NCBI GenBank assembly: GCA_903923815.1
Contig: CAIXZC010000084.1
Location: 37,350 to 101,349 of the forward strand
Source: an uncultured Myxococcales bacterium
GTDB lineage: Bacteria; Myxococcota_A; UBA9042; CAIXZC01
DNA length: 64,000 nt
Direction: 5' to 3'
The notes under the pieces were generated by a model. That model made no database searches, was not told the origin of the DNA, and saw nothing but the letters and a program-made list of their open reading frames with translations. The translations under genes and the position numbers were made by a program. This document shows, one piece after another, positions 26,101 to 35,000 of the stretch. Every line of letters starts with the position of its first letter. Position 1 is the first letter of the stretch.

Positions 26101-26238
26101 GAATGCCTCCCACGCCGGCTCCGCGACGGGCGGCTGCTTGGGAGGCCCAATGGATTTTCTGGATACGCTCAACAAAGGCGGCGCCATTGTCTACATCCTG
26201 CTTGGCGCCTCCGTCATCTCCCTGACTGTCTTCATTGA
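23131..26238 (+). CDS. polA: DNA polymerase I, with an anomalous ~120-codon Pro-rich 3' read-through
   Basis: The 5'-nuclease N-terminus is LIDGTAFIFRAFHALP and the 3'-5' exo motif is ALDTETTSL. Pol motifs A (LLAADYSQVELRVMAH), B (RSLAKTINFGVLYGM) and C (LLLQVHDELIFE) are all present. ATG 23131 overlaps the radical SAM stop (ATGA). The conserved end ...KVDAGTGPNWADIEKI is at ~25885, but the first in-frame stop is at 26236..26238. Confidence 0.93.
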   Translation: MKDLFSRAPDKPQENKPDERPSLCLIDGTAFIFRAFHALPKLSNSKGLTTNAVAGFLAMILKLRRAKGCSRFVVVLDAGAETFRKRLYPPYKANRPPLPEELRQQLPLIQPLTEALGLPVLAIPDVEADDVIATLAGRADKAGLEVTIISSDKDLMQLVGPRVTMYDPIGERRFDPAAVEERFGVPPAQVVEVQALSGDSVDNVPGVKGIGPKGAADLIRQFGTVEKLYASLHKVDKPRTRKLLEDSAADAHISRQLVELKKDVALPPLFELVERPPDQQRLLELLTDLEFKKQIKELGLEQAQAAAQVSVQSPMPPVTLVDSPQALAQLARDLEAAPRFALDTETTSLNPMQAGLVGLSFSTAQDRIWYLPVGHRGPLAGTQLPLDQVRDVLGPLLGRADGRKVGQNHKFDRLVLRANQVPIAGLGFDTLLASALLDPQRDSHSLDALALSHLGWNTIKFQEVTSRSGMDLGFEDVPVLEAARYSGEDAWVTLRLFDHLSPELEASPLAPLFHDVEIPVCEILADMEFRGITVDCAFLDELAVRFRQSLADLEKRIHYHAGFAFNINSTKQLADLLFARLNLPVVKKTKTGASTDSVVLEELKHLHPVPALVLEYRGLSKLLSTYVEALPALVNPRTGRIHTSFHQAVTATGRLSSSDPNLQNIPVHTPEGRLIRKAFVPGPGKLFLAADYSQVELRVMAHLSGDPGLLEAFRNGEDIHTRTACELFGYKPEQVGNAERSLAKTINFGVLYGMTSFRLARDMGISRKRAQEFIDTYFERFAGVRRYMDETLKIAREQGQVTTLLGRRRPIPELHARDGSVRAHGERMAVNTPVQGSAADIVKLAMIACARDLAPLAGQADLLLQVHDELIFEVDAPLAPQLSGQMVKLMEGAYTLATPLKVDAGTGPNWADIEKIRRPSTAAPTPPPAPRLPPPRACSSRWGRFLPTPTVGSVPSNSHGGVGSPPPSVPVPAPLSPTEKPAFPPRPPALECLPRRLRDGRLLGRPNGFSGYAQQRRRHCLHPAWRLRHLPDCLH
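25906..25935 (+). repeat. Three homopolymeric C tracts (9, 6 and 10 C) in the polA tail
   Basis: Counted directly: C9 at 25906..25914, C6 at 25916..25921 and C10 at 25926..25935. Confidence 0.95.
25952..26022 (+). repeat. 28-bp perfect-phase tandem direct repeat, 2.5 copies
   Basis: ggtggggtcggttccttccaactccca[c/t] occurs at 25952..25979 and 25980..26007, with the first 15 nt again at 26008..26022. The unit length is not a multiple of 3. It lies ~130 nt upstream of the exbB start. Confidence 0.95.
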
Positions 26239-26800
26239 GCGCTTCTGGGTCACCAGCCGCCGCATGATCTGCCCCCCGGCCCTTCGTCGCGCTCTCTTCT
26301 CTCTCCTGTCCTCGGGCCGCCTCGATGCCGCCCAAGCCGTGGCCCAAGGCAGCCACACCCCCGCCGCCACGCTGGCCCTCCAGGCCCTTGAACACCGCAC
26401 CCGAGGCCGTGCCCTCCTGCGCGAACGCCTGGAAAGTGAGGGTGCCTCCATCACACATCGTCTTCGTCGGGGTCTGGGGGTCCTCTCCGCCACCGCCACC
26501 GTAGCCCCCCTCCTGGGCCTGCTGGGCACCGTGCTGGGCATGGTCCAGGTCTTCCAGGCCGTCGAAAACTCCACCGAGCCCCGTATCTCCGACCTCGCCG
26601 GCGGCATCTGGGTGGCCCTCCTGACCACCGTCGCTGGCCTCGCCGTGGCCATCCCCTCCTACCTGGCCCACCGTTACCTGGAGTCTCGCCTGGACAGCGC
26701 CTCCGACACCCTTGAGACCTTCAGCGAGGACCTCCTGGACGCGGTCACGGGCCCCCGCCCCTTGGAAGGAACGAGTGGGAATGAACTTCCGAAGGAATAG
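26150..26800 (+). CDS. exbB: MotA/TolQ/ExbB-family proton channel protein
   Basis: ATG 26150 lies 4 nt after GGAGG (26141..26145). There are three TM segments (GGAIVYILLGASVISLTVFIERFW; GVLSATATVAPLLGLLGTVLGMVQVF; GGIWVALLTTVAGLAVAIPSYLAHRYL), which is the typical ExbB/TolQ layout. Confidence 0.85.
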   Translation: MDFLDTLNKGGAIVYILLGASVISLTVFIERFWVTSRRMICPPALRRALFSLLSSGRLDAAQAVAQGSHTPAATLALQALEHRTRGRALLRERLESEGASITHRLRRGLGVLSATATVAPLLGLLGTVLGMVQVFQAVENSTEPRISDLAGGIWVALLTTVAGLAVAIPSYLAHRYLESRLDSASDTLETFSEDLLDAVTGPRPLEGTSGNELPKE

Positions 26801-27224
26801 CCGGGGTCGCCAGGCCCCTTCAATCGATATCACGCCCGTAGTAGATGTGGTATTTATCCTGCTCATTTTCCTGGTCATTTCCACGACCTTCAAGACCCAG
26901 GAGCACGCCTTCGAGATAGACCTCCCCAAGGCCTCCCAGCCGCGCCTCGTGGGCAAGGTGACCAGGCCCACGGTGTTCGTCAACAAAGAGGGCGGCATGC
27001 TTCTGGTCCGGCCCGATCTGGAGGGTGCAGCGACCCTCAGCGGTCCCGATGAACTGACCAACCGGCTCCGCCAACTCAAGGCCCTGGAGCCTTCCGTGGC
27101 GGTCGGCATTCGAGCCGATGCCGGGGTGCCCTATCAGGCCGTTATGGATGCCGTGAACGCCTGCTATTCCGCCGGCATCGAGCGAGTGATCTTTCCCTAT
27201 GCCCGAAAAGAGGACTCCTATTGA
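26781..27224 (+). CDS. exbD: ExbD/TolR-family biopolymer transport protein
   Basis: ATG 26781 gives MNFRRNSRGRQAPSIDITPVVDVVFILLIFLVISTTF, the ExbD N-terminal TM signature, followed by a periplasmic domain with VGIRADAGVPYQAVMDAVNAC. It overlaps exbB by 20 nt. Confidence 0.85.
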   Translation: MNFRRNSRGRQAPSIDITPVVDVVFILLIFLVISTTFKTQEHAFEIDLPKASQPRLVGKVTRPTVFVNKEGGMLLVRPDLEGAATLSGPDELTNRLRQLKALEPSVAVGIRADAGVPYQAVMDAVNACYSAGIERVIFPYARKEDSY

Positions 27225-28618
27225 GTTTACATATGCACCGCAGACATAAGCAGATTGCTTGGCTAGTAACCACCATTTCTACCGTGGGGCTTTTTTTGTG
27301 CCTGGCCTGCGCCCGCGAAGTTGAAGCGCCCGTCAGCACCGGTCCCAGCCAAAGTCACGCCCTCCAGGCCAAGAAGAAGCGTGCCGACGCCCCGAAGGTC
27401 TTGCCCACCATGGCCCTCAGCGCCTGGCCCGATCTGGCCCGCCCCGGCGAGACCGTAACCATCACCTGCAGCGGCATCGATGACGAGCAGGCCCTGTCGC
27501 TAAGGTTCTTTCTGCGCACAGATCCCTGCGGTGGCACGCTGGAGGCCCTCCGCAACCAAGCGCTCTACAAAGCCCCTGAGGGGTGCCGGGGAGGGCGCAT
27601 TGTCGTCGAGGCCGTCAGTGGTGCCGCCAGCGCCCAGGCCTCATTTCACGTCAGTGGGGATGGGTCCGATGTGGGCTCCTTGATGCTGTATCCAAAGGCC
27701 GGCGATATTCCCACCTCCCCGGTCCAGCTCCACTGGGACCGCACCTTCGCCCGCAAGGACTCCCTGACCATGTCCGTGGACGTGCTGCGTCAGGGGCGCC
27801 CCGTCCTTGCCCTGCCAGGCCTTGCGCCGGACGCCGAGCTTCAGCTTGATCTGCCTCCGTCCCCAGAGTTGACCACCATGCGGGTCTGTGCCGGCGGTAC
27901 CTGCCAATCCGCCGAACTCAAAGTCTTCAAGCGCCGCCCCGTCCAACTTTGGGACGCCGGGCTGCTGCTTGATGATTTTGCGGTCGTCGGCAAGAACCGC
28001 CTTGGCGGCGCAGTCGAGCCCCTGGATCCGGAGTCGTTCACCCGCCTTGTCCAGGGCAAGGTGGTCGGCCCCACCAGCATCACCGCCTACTACCTCGCGG
28101 TGGAGTACCACAGGAGCCCCGCCCAGAAGTCCCAGGGTTTCCGCGAGACGCTCTCCAGGGGGAATGGATTTCCGTTGGAGACCACGGGGTTCCGACGCCT
28201 GTCCTTGTGGCTTCGGCCGGGTCCCTTGAACGAAATGCCAGGGCCCATCGTGCTGGAACTCAAGGCCCCCTCGGGCCAGACCTGGCGTCGGAAAATTACG
28301 CACCGGGGCGATTGGTGGCAGGAGCACTCCATCGACCTGGCCCCCTTCAACCAGCGCTACTCAAGGGCTGTGGCCCTTTCCCTGTTCGTTGACGATGAAC
28401 GAACGACCCTCCCGGCGGGCACCTTTTGCGTTGCTTCGGTGCAGTTCATTCCGGCCGGTGCTTCCCTGATTGATCGGGTTGATCCCTCCTTGCTCCCCCC
28501 AACACCGGAAATTGAAGCCACCCCCGATCGGGACACCACTGACAGCGACCAAACCCAGGCCTCAAGCGCCTCTCAGCGTTCTCGATGGGAGGAGGCGGAG
28601 GGTTCCGACGCCCGTTGA
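27221..28618 (+). CDS. Hypothetical secreted or lipoprotein-like protein (465 aa)
   Basis: TTG 27221 lies 6 nt after AAGAGGA and overlaps the exbD stop (TTGA). ATG 27233 is an alternative start. The signal peptide is IAWLVTTISTVGLFLCLACA. No family is recognisable. The C-terminal tail is acidic and Ser/Thr-rich. Confidence 0.6.
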   Translation: MSLHMHRRHKQIAWLVTTISTVGLFLCLACAREVEAPVSTGPSQSHALQAKKKRADAPKVLPTMALSAWPDLARPGETVTITCSGIDDEQALSLRFFLRTDPCGGTLEALRNQALYKAPEGCRGGRIVVEAVSGAASAQASFHVSGDGSDVGSLMLYPKAGDIPTSPVQLHWDRTFARKDSLTMSVDVLRQGRPVLALPGLAPDAELQLDLPPSPELTTMRVCAGGTCQSAELKVFKRRPVQLWDAGLLLDDFAVVGKNRLGGAVEPLDPESFTRLVQGKVVGPTSITAYYLAVEYHRSPAQKSQGFRETLSRGNGFPLETTGFRRLSLWLRPGPLNEMPGPIVLELKAPSGQTWRRKITHRGDWWQEHSIDLAPFNQRYSRAVALSLFVDDERTTLPAGTFCVASVQFIPAGASLIDRVDPSLLPPTPEIEATPDRDTTDSDQTQASSASQRSRWEEAEGSDAR

Positions 28619-28687
28619 ATCGCCAGCCGCTCTTGACTTCCGAAAACATCATTTCCCCGCCATTTCAGGCCGTTCTGAACCTTGCTC

Positions 28688-28716
28688 TTGAAAAATCTGA
28701 AATCTGCCTCTAAAAT
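28688..28716 (+). promoter_or_regulatory. Candidate sigma70-type promoter for the giant gene (TTGAAA - 17 nt - TAAAAT)
   Basis: The -35-like TTGAAA is at 28688..28693, the spacer is exactly 17 nt, and the -10-like TAAAAT is at 28711..28716. It sits inside a 470-bp AT-enriched intergenic island in an otherwise GC-rich window. It would give a ~370-nt 5' leader. Confidence 0.4.
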
Positions 28717-29053
28717 GCGCACCCTAGAGGGCTCGTATACTCGCAGTTCATGGGATGTGCCGAAATTTGTCACCAAGCTGACAAAAGTTGGTCTTCCCCG
28801 CACTGCTGCTGGCTTGGGGCAACAATGGCTGGCACGAGCAAAGAGGGCTCCGGTGGTTGGGGTGCCCGGTTTCCGAGGTTTCCCTTATGGGTGGCACGGT
28901 ATGTGCAACACATCGAACCGGATTTTTGCGAGTTGGGATTTCAATGCCTGAAGCCGATCGTTCCAAAACAGGGTCGAATGAGTTCCCCGACTGTTCGTAT
29001 ACGCGCGCGCGGGGCGCTCTGCAGAATAACGTTTCCGGTCACAATTTGGATTT

Positions 29054-29079
29054 GTGTCCCCCTTCGTCGCAGGGGACAC
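29054..29079 (+). promoter_or_regulatory. 8-bp perfect stem-loop one nucleotide upstream of the giant gene's Shine-Dalgarno sequence
   Basis: GTGTCCCC (29054..29061) pairs with GGGGACAC (29072..29079) around a 10-nt loop. It is followed by g, AGGAGG (29081..29086), 4 nt, then ATG 29091. No U-tract follows, so it is not an intrinsic terminator. Confidence 0.55.
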
Positions 29080-29090
29080 GAGGAGGTCTC

Positions 29091-32000
29091 ATGAGAGTAG
29101 GTCACTCCTGGCTCAAACTCGTCGTTGCACTGGGCATGGTCACCATGTTGGCCTGTACGCAACAACCTGCAGCCGTCACCTCACCTGACACCGGTGTGGA
29201 CGACATCCTGGACACCCTGGATGCCGTGGGCAAGCAGACAGGGTTGGCGGCATCCACCAACCCCACGCTTACCATCACCCAGCCTGTGAGTGACTATCTC
29301 TACTTCCAGTGGGATGCCGTCTCCACGGACATCGCGGTCACCTTCGCTGTGACCAACTGGACCCCGTGGCCCCAGGACGGCAAGCTCGTCCGCTGCTACC
29401 TCGACGGCGAGGAGCATGGGTACATCACGACCGGGGACATCTATACGTTCACCGGCGTACCCCACGGCGAGCATCAGCTCTGCTGCAGCCTGGCCCAGGG
29501 CCCGGACCTGGACTTCTGCGAGGCCACGGACTGCGTCTACGTGCGCGTCCAGCGGCCCTGCACCATGGAAGGGGACCCCATCTGCGATGACGGGAACCCC
29601 TGCTCTCTGGATGGCTGTATCCAGCAGGGTAATACGACGAACTTCGTCTGCCGCTACGGTACCCCCGTTGGCCAGACGGGCTGCTGCCAGTCCCAGAAAG
29701 ACTGCGGCTGCGTGAACGCCTTCGATGGCGCGCGGTGGGAGACGTGCGACGACACGACCTCCTTCTGCGTTATGTGCAAGGACGACGCGGCCTGCGACGA
29801 CGGCGAGTCCTGCACCAACGACTACTGCTCCGAAGGCCTCTGCAAGAACGATTGGATTGTTGACGGCAACGGCGCCAAGTGCTGCCACGCCGGCATCGCC
29901 AACGTGGCGGCCGTCTGCAACGACGGCAAATTCTGCACGGTCGACTCCTGCGACGAGGGAGCCGGTTGGTGCAAGAACGAATCCAACGGCGACCCCATCT
30001 GCTGCGAAGCCGATCCCGATGTCAACTGCGACGACTCCAACGTCTGCACCCTTGACCGTTGTATCGCGCACGTGTGTAGGCACGGGCCCGTGTCCGATCC
30101 CCTCTGCTGCAACAACAGCACCGAGTGCGACGACGGCAACCCCTGCACGGACGACCTGTGCGACCCCGACACCAACCAGTGCCAGTTCATCGAGAACAAC
30201 CTGACCAACTGCTGCAACGTTCACCCCGACTGCAGCTCCGGCGGCAAGTGGGACGACGAAGACGCCTCCACGCTGGACTACTGCCAGAACTTCCAGTGCG
30301 TGCACGTGACCAACCCCACCTACTGCGACGCCACCGGCACCCACCCCTGCCTTGACGACGGCGACGCCTGCACCACCGACGCCTGCGAGTCCAACGTCTG
30401 CAAGCACAACTACATGGCCGGCTGCTGCAACGTCGACAAGGACTGCAACGACAAGAAGTACTGCACCAAGGACACCTGCCTGTGCCTCAACGGCACCAAC
30501 CCCGACGGCTCCTGCAAGTGCCCCCTGGACAACCCTGACTGCAACGCCACGAAGGAGTGCTCCAACGCCCCCATCAATGGCTGCTGCGAGACCAACGACG
30601 AGTGCATCGACGGCAATCCTTGCAACCTCGACGCCTGCATCAACCACGTCTGCCGCTACGGCCCGAACTGGAACCTGACCAACTGCTGCCAGAACGACGC
30701 CAACTGCGACGATGGCAACACCTGCACCGACGCCTACTGCGACCTGGAGACCAAGACCTGCATCACCTCTCTGGTGGAAGGTCAGACCCCCAAGTGCTGC
30801 TTCACCGACTCCCAGTGCGATGACAACGACTTCTTCACGCTGGACGTCTGCAAGGACAAGCGCTGCACCAACCTGCCCGACCCCAGCGTTTGTGACGCCG
30901 CCCACTCCGAGTGCAACGACAACAACCCCTGCACCACGGACAGCTGCGACTTCGTGCTTGGCAAGTGCCGGCACGTGGCCATCGCCAACTGCTGCAAGAA
31001 CATCTACGAGTGCACCGTGCTGCCCCTGACCGACAGCAACACCTGCACCACCGACACCTGCAACCTGACCACCAACCGCTGCGAGTTTGCGGCCATCGCC
31101 AACTGCTGTACCTCCACCGCGAACTGCAACGACAACGACCCCTGCACCGCCGACAGCTGCATGAACAACACCTGCCGCCACGTCGCGCCGCCTTCCTGCT
31201 GCGACGCCGACGCCGACTGCGACGACGGAAATACGTGCACTATTAATAAATGTAAGAAGAACCTGCCCGCGGACCTCACCGGTCAGTGCCAATTGACCGT
31301 GGTCGCGGAGCCCGGTTGCTGCACCACCGCCGCGGGCTGCAACGACTCCAATATCTGCACCGACGACACCTGCGTGAACTACAAGTGCGAGAACGCCGAC
31401 GTCCAGGGCGACTGCTGCCAGGTGGACCCCGACTGCAACGACGACAACATCTGCACCTGCGACAAGTGCATCTTCGGCAAGTGCCGCTTCCTCACCCCCG
31501 ACGTGGCCACCACCGACTGCAACCTGTCCCCCCTGTGCTGCGCCAACGCCGCCGCGTGCCAGGACGACATGAACCCCTGCACGGAAAACCTGTGCGTGGA
31601 CAGCATCTGCACCTACAAGCCCACCGTGCCCTGCAAGGTGGCGCTGCCCTACTACCAGAACTTCAACACCTGCCCCAAGTTCTCCACCCTCGGGTGGCAG
31701 CAGGTGGACCTTGGCGCCGAAGCGATCCACAACTGGATCTGCACGGCTGAAGGCGATCTGGGTATCGACAACCACCTCCGCTTCAACTGGGTCCCCGCGG
31801 TCTTCAATCCCTTCGACAATTTCATCGTCACCCCCGGGCTGCTGGCCCAGAACGCCGGCTTCGTGACGGTCCAGTTTGACCAGCAGTTTGACTACGACGA
31901 GACCTACGGCGTTGATCCGGTCAACCTCGGCGTATACGTCGTCCAGGACATCGGCGCTGTGGACAACATCATCCAGCCCGATGACACCTTCATCCCGATC

Positions 32001-35000
32001 TATCAGGAACTGGATGCCGTGGCCGATCTTGCTGCTGGCCAGAAGCACGTCATCATTCCGCCCACCTACCTGTCCAACAGCCTCTACATCGGCTTCAACA
32101 TCAGCAGCTCCTCCAGCCAGAACCTTGGCTTCTACGACATCGACAACGTCAAGATCTGCAAGGGTCGCCCCCCTGCGTTCGTGAACCCCCCGGCGGCCGT
32201 GGGCACCGCCTGGAACACCGAGAAGTGGTTCAACTTCAAGGTCAAGGACCTGGATGACACCCCGCTGACCTTCACCATCGTCGAAGGCCCCGGTTTTGTC
32301 AGCCTCATGCCCGCTCAGTACTCGTGGTTCAACAAAGAATACACCCTGACCATGGTGGCCGCAGCCACCACCCAGGATCAGGTCGGCGAACACAAGGTCG
32401 TGATCGAAGTCAACGACGGCTGTCTGTCTGCCCGTCAAGAGATCACCATGACCGTGTTGCTCACCTCTGGCTTCGTGGTCTGGAAGCCCACCGTGGTGCC
32501 GGAAGCTGCCGGCGCTGCCCTCTTTGACGCCATCGTCGCCGCCGGCGAGAACGTCCAGTTGGTCGAGGACCTCGACCTGTTCGCCAACCTGGACGGCATC
32601 AGCGGCGTCTTCATCACCTTGGGCGTCTATGGAAACCGTTTCCAGCTCAACTCCCTGCCCGCCTCTACCCTGGCCAAGTTGACCAGTTATTTGGACAAGG
32701 GCGGCAACGTTTACATGGAAGGCGGCGACACCTGGTTCGTGGATACCGCCTCCGCCGTGCACCCGTACTTCCACATTCAGGGAATTCATGACGGCACTGC
32801 CGGCAAGTTCGTTGGCAACATCGTCGGCAAGAACTTCGCGTTTGGTGAAGACTTCGCCGCTGCCAACCTGACCAGCGTCAACAACTTCTTGGATCGCATC
32901 AACCCCGTCGCCTCCAGCGGCGCGGTGCCCCTCCTCAAGCCCGCCTCCTTCAACACCTGGAACTTCATGGTGGGCTACCAGGACTCGACCAAGAATTATC
33001 GTACCGTGGGCTCCTCCATCCCCATCGCCGCGCTGACCGAAGTGGCCACCGGCACCCGCAACTCCCTGGTGGGCAAGATCGTCGAGTTCTTCAAGAACGG
33101 TTGGCCCGCCTGCAGCAACGACAGCCAGTGTGATGACGGCGTCGCCTGCACCCTGGACACCTGCGAGAACAACGAGTGCAAGAACGTCGCCCAGGACGTC
33201 TGCATCTCCTGCGCTGACGACCGGGACTGCCCCGCTGATTACGCCTGCAAGATGTCCAACAAGATCTGCGGTCAGATCCTTGGCGAGCGCTTTGACTCCA
33301 AGGACACCCCCAGGGCCATCGCCTCTGCGACCGCCGGCATCTATACCTCCAAGATCACTGTCCCCGGCGCGCTGAACGTGGACAACGTCAACGTCAAGTT
33401 GTACATCGCCCACACCGCCCGCGGCGACCTCAAGGTCACCCTCAGCCACGGCGGCGTCGCTGTCGTCCTCAAGACCAACAACGTCACCGACCGCGTGACC
33501 AACCTCTACTACACCTACGACTACGGCACGACCACCTACGTCGGTTCCACCTTCAGCATGGACGACTTTGACGGCATGGTGGAGAACGGCGACTGGACCC
33601 TGACCGTGGAAGACATGTACGCCGGCGACGGCGGTAACCTCCTGAAATGGAGCCTCTTCGTCGTGGCTGACGTGCCCACCTGCGGCATCGACGACGACTG
33701 CGACGACGGCGTGGTCTGCACCCTGGACACCTGCAACACCGAGCAGGGCTACTGCCAGTTCGAGGTCGACACCTGCGAGGACACGGACGCGGATCATCCC
33801 AACCTCTGCACCACGGACACCTGCGATGACACGCTGGGTTGCCTGCATGCCCCCAAGGACTGCGACGACAACAGCGTCTGCACCGATGATTCCTGCGACA
33901 CCCTCACGGGCGACTGCATCAACACGCCCGTCAAGAACTGCATTGGTGCCTGCCTCACCCACAAGGATTGCGGCTACGACGACTACTGCGAGCCGGTCTC
34001 CAAGGTCTGCCAGCCCATCCCCGGCACTCCCTATTACTCGCCCAATGCGACCGACGAGGCCATCCCGGACAACAACACCGCCGCGCTGATCTCCAAGATC
34101 ACCATTCCTGGCGGTGGCTACATTGACGACATCAACGTCAAGGTCATGATCAAGCACACCTACAGCGGTGACCTGACCGTGATCCTCAGCAACGGCACCA
34201 AGACCCTTACCCTCCACGACCAGACCGGCGGCAGCCGCGACGACGTCTGGAAGGTCTTCGATCTTGCGGACGCTGCCGATGGTGGAGACCTGTCCGTGTT
34301 CAACGGGCAGCCTCTCGCTGGCGAGTGGACCCTGGAGATGCGCGACTACGCCGCTGGCGACGTGGGCAAGCTGTTCCGGTGGACCATCTTCGTGGGCACC
34401 TCTACCTGCTTCTCCGACGTAAACTGCGACGACAAGAACATGTGCACCACGGACGTCTGCGACACCCAGGTGCAGGGCGGCCAGTGCGTGAACACTCCCG
34501 TGGTTTGCGACGACGGTTCCTGGTGCAACGGCACCGAGATCTGCCGCCCCGACGCGGGTTGCATCGTGGGCGTCGCGCCCATCATCAACGACAAGAACCC
34601 CTGCACTGCGGACGTCTGCGACGAGGCCCAGCAGCAGGTCTTCCACACCCCCATGGACTCCGCCTGTGACGATGGCAACTTCTGCAACGGCGCCGAGACC
34701 TGCCACCTGGTCCAGGGTTGCAAGGCCGGCACTGCCCCCGCCACCGACGACGGCATTCTGTGCACCCTCGACTACTGCGACGAGGCCGGTGATGTCATCC
34801 AGCACGTCCCCAGCAACAACGCCTGCTCGGACGGTCTGTTCTGCAATGGCCCCGAGATTTGCAACCCGAACGATCCCGCCGCTGACGTCGAAGGCTGCGT
34901 TGCCGGCTCGGCCCCCATGCTCGACGACGGCATCGACTGCACCCTGGATGCCTGCGACGAAATCAAGAAGGTCGTGACGCACACCGCGAATCACACCCTC

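Noticed and set aside
26060-27109. 349-aa minus-strand ORF over exbB and exbD
   Set aside because: The sense strand encodes canonical ExbB and ExbD with correct TM topology. The antisense translation has no features.
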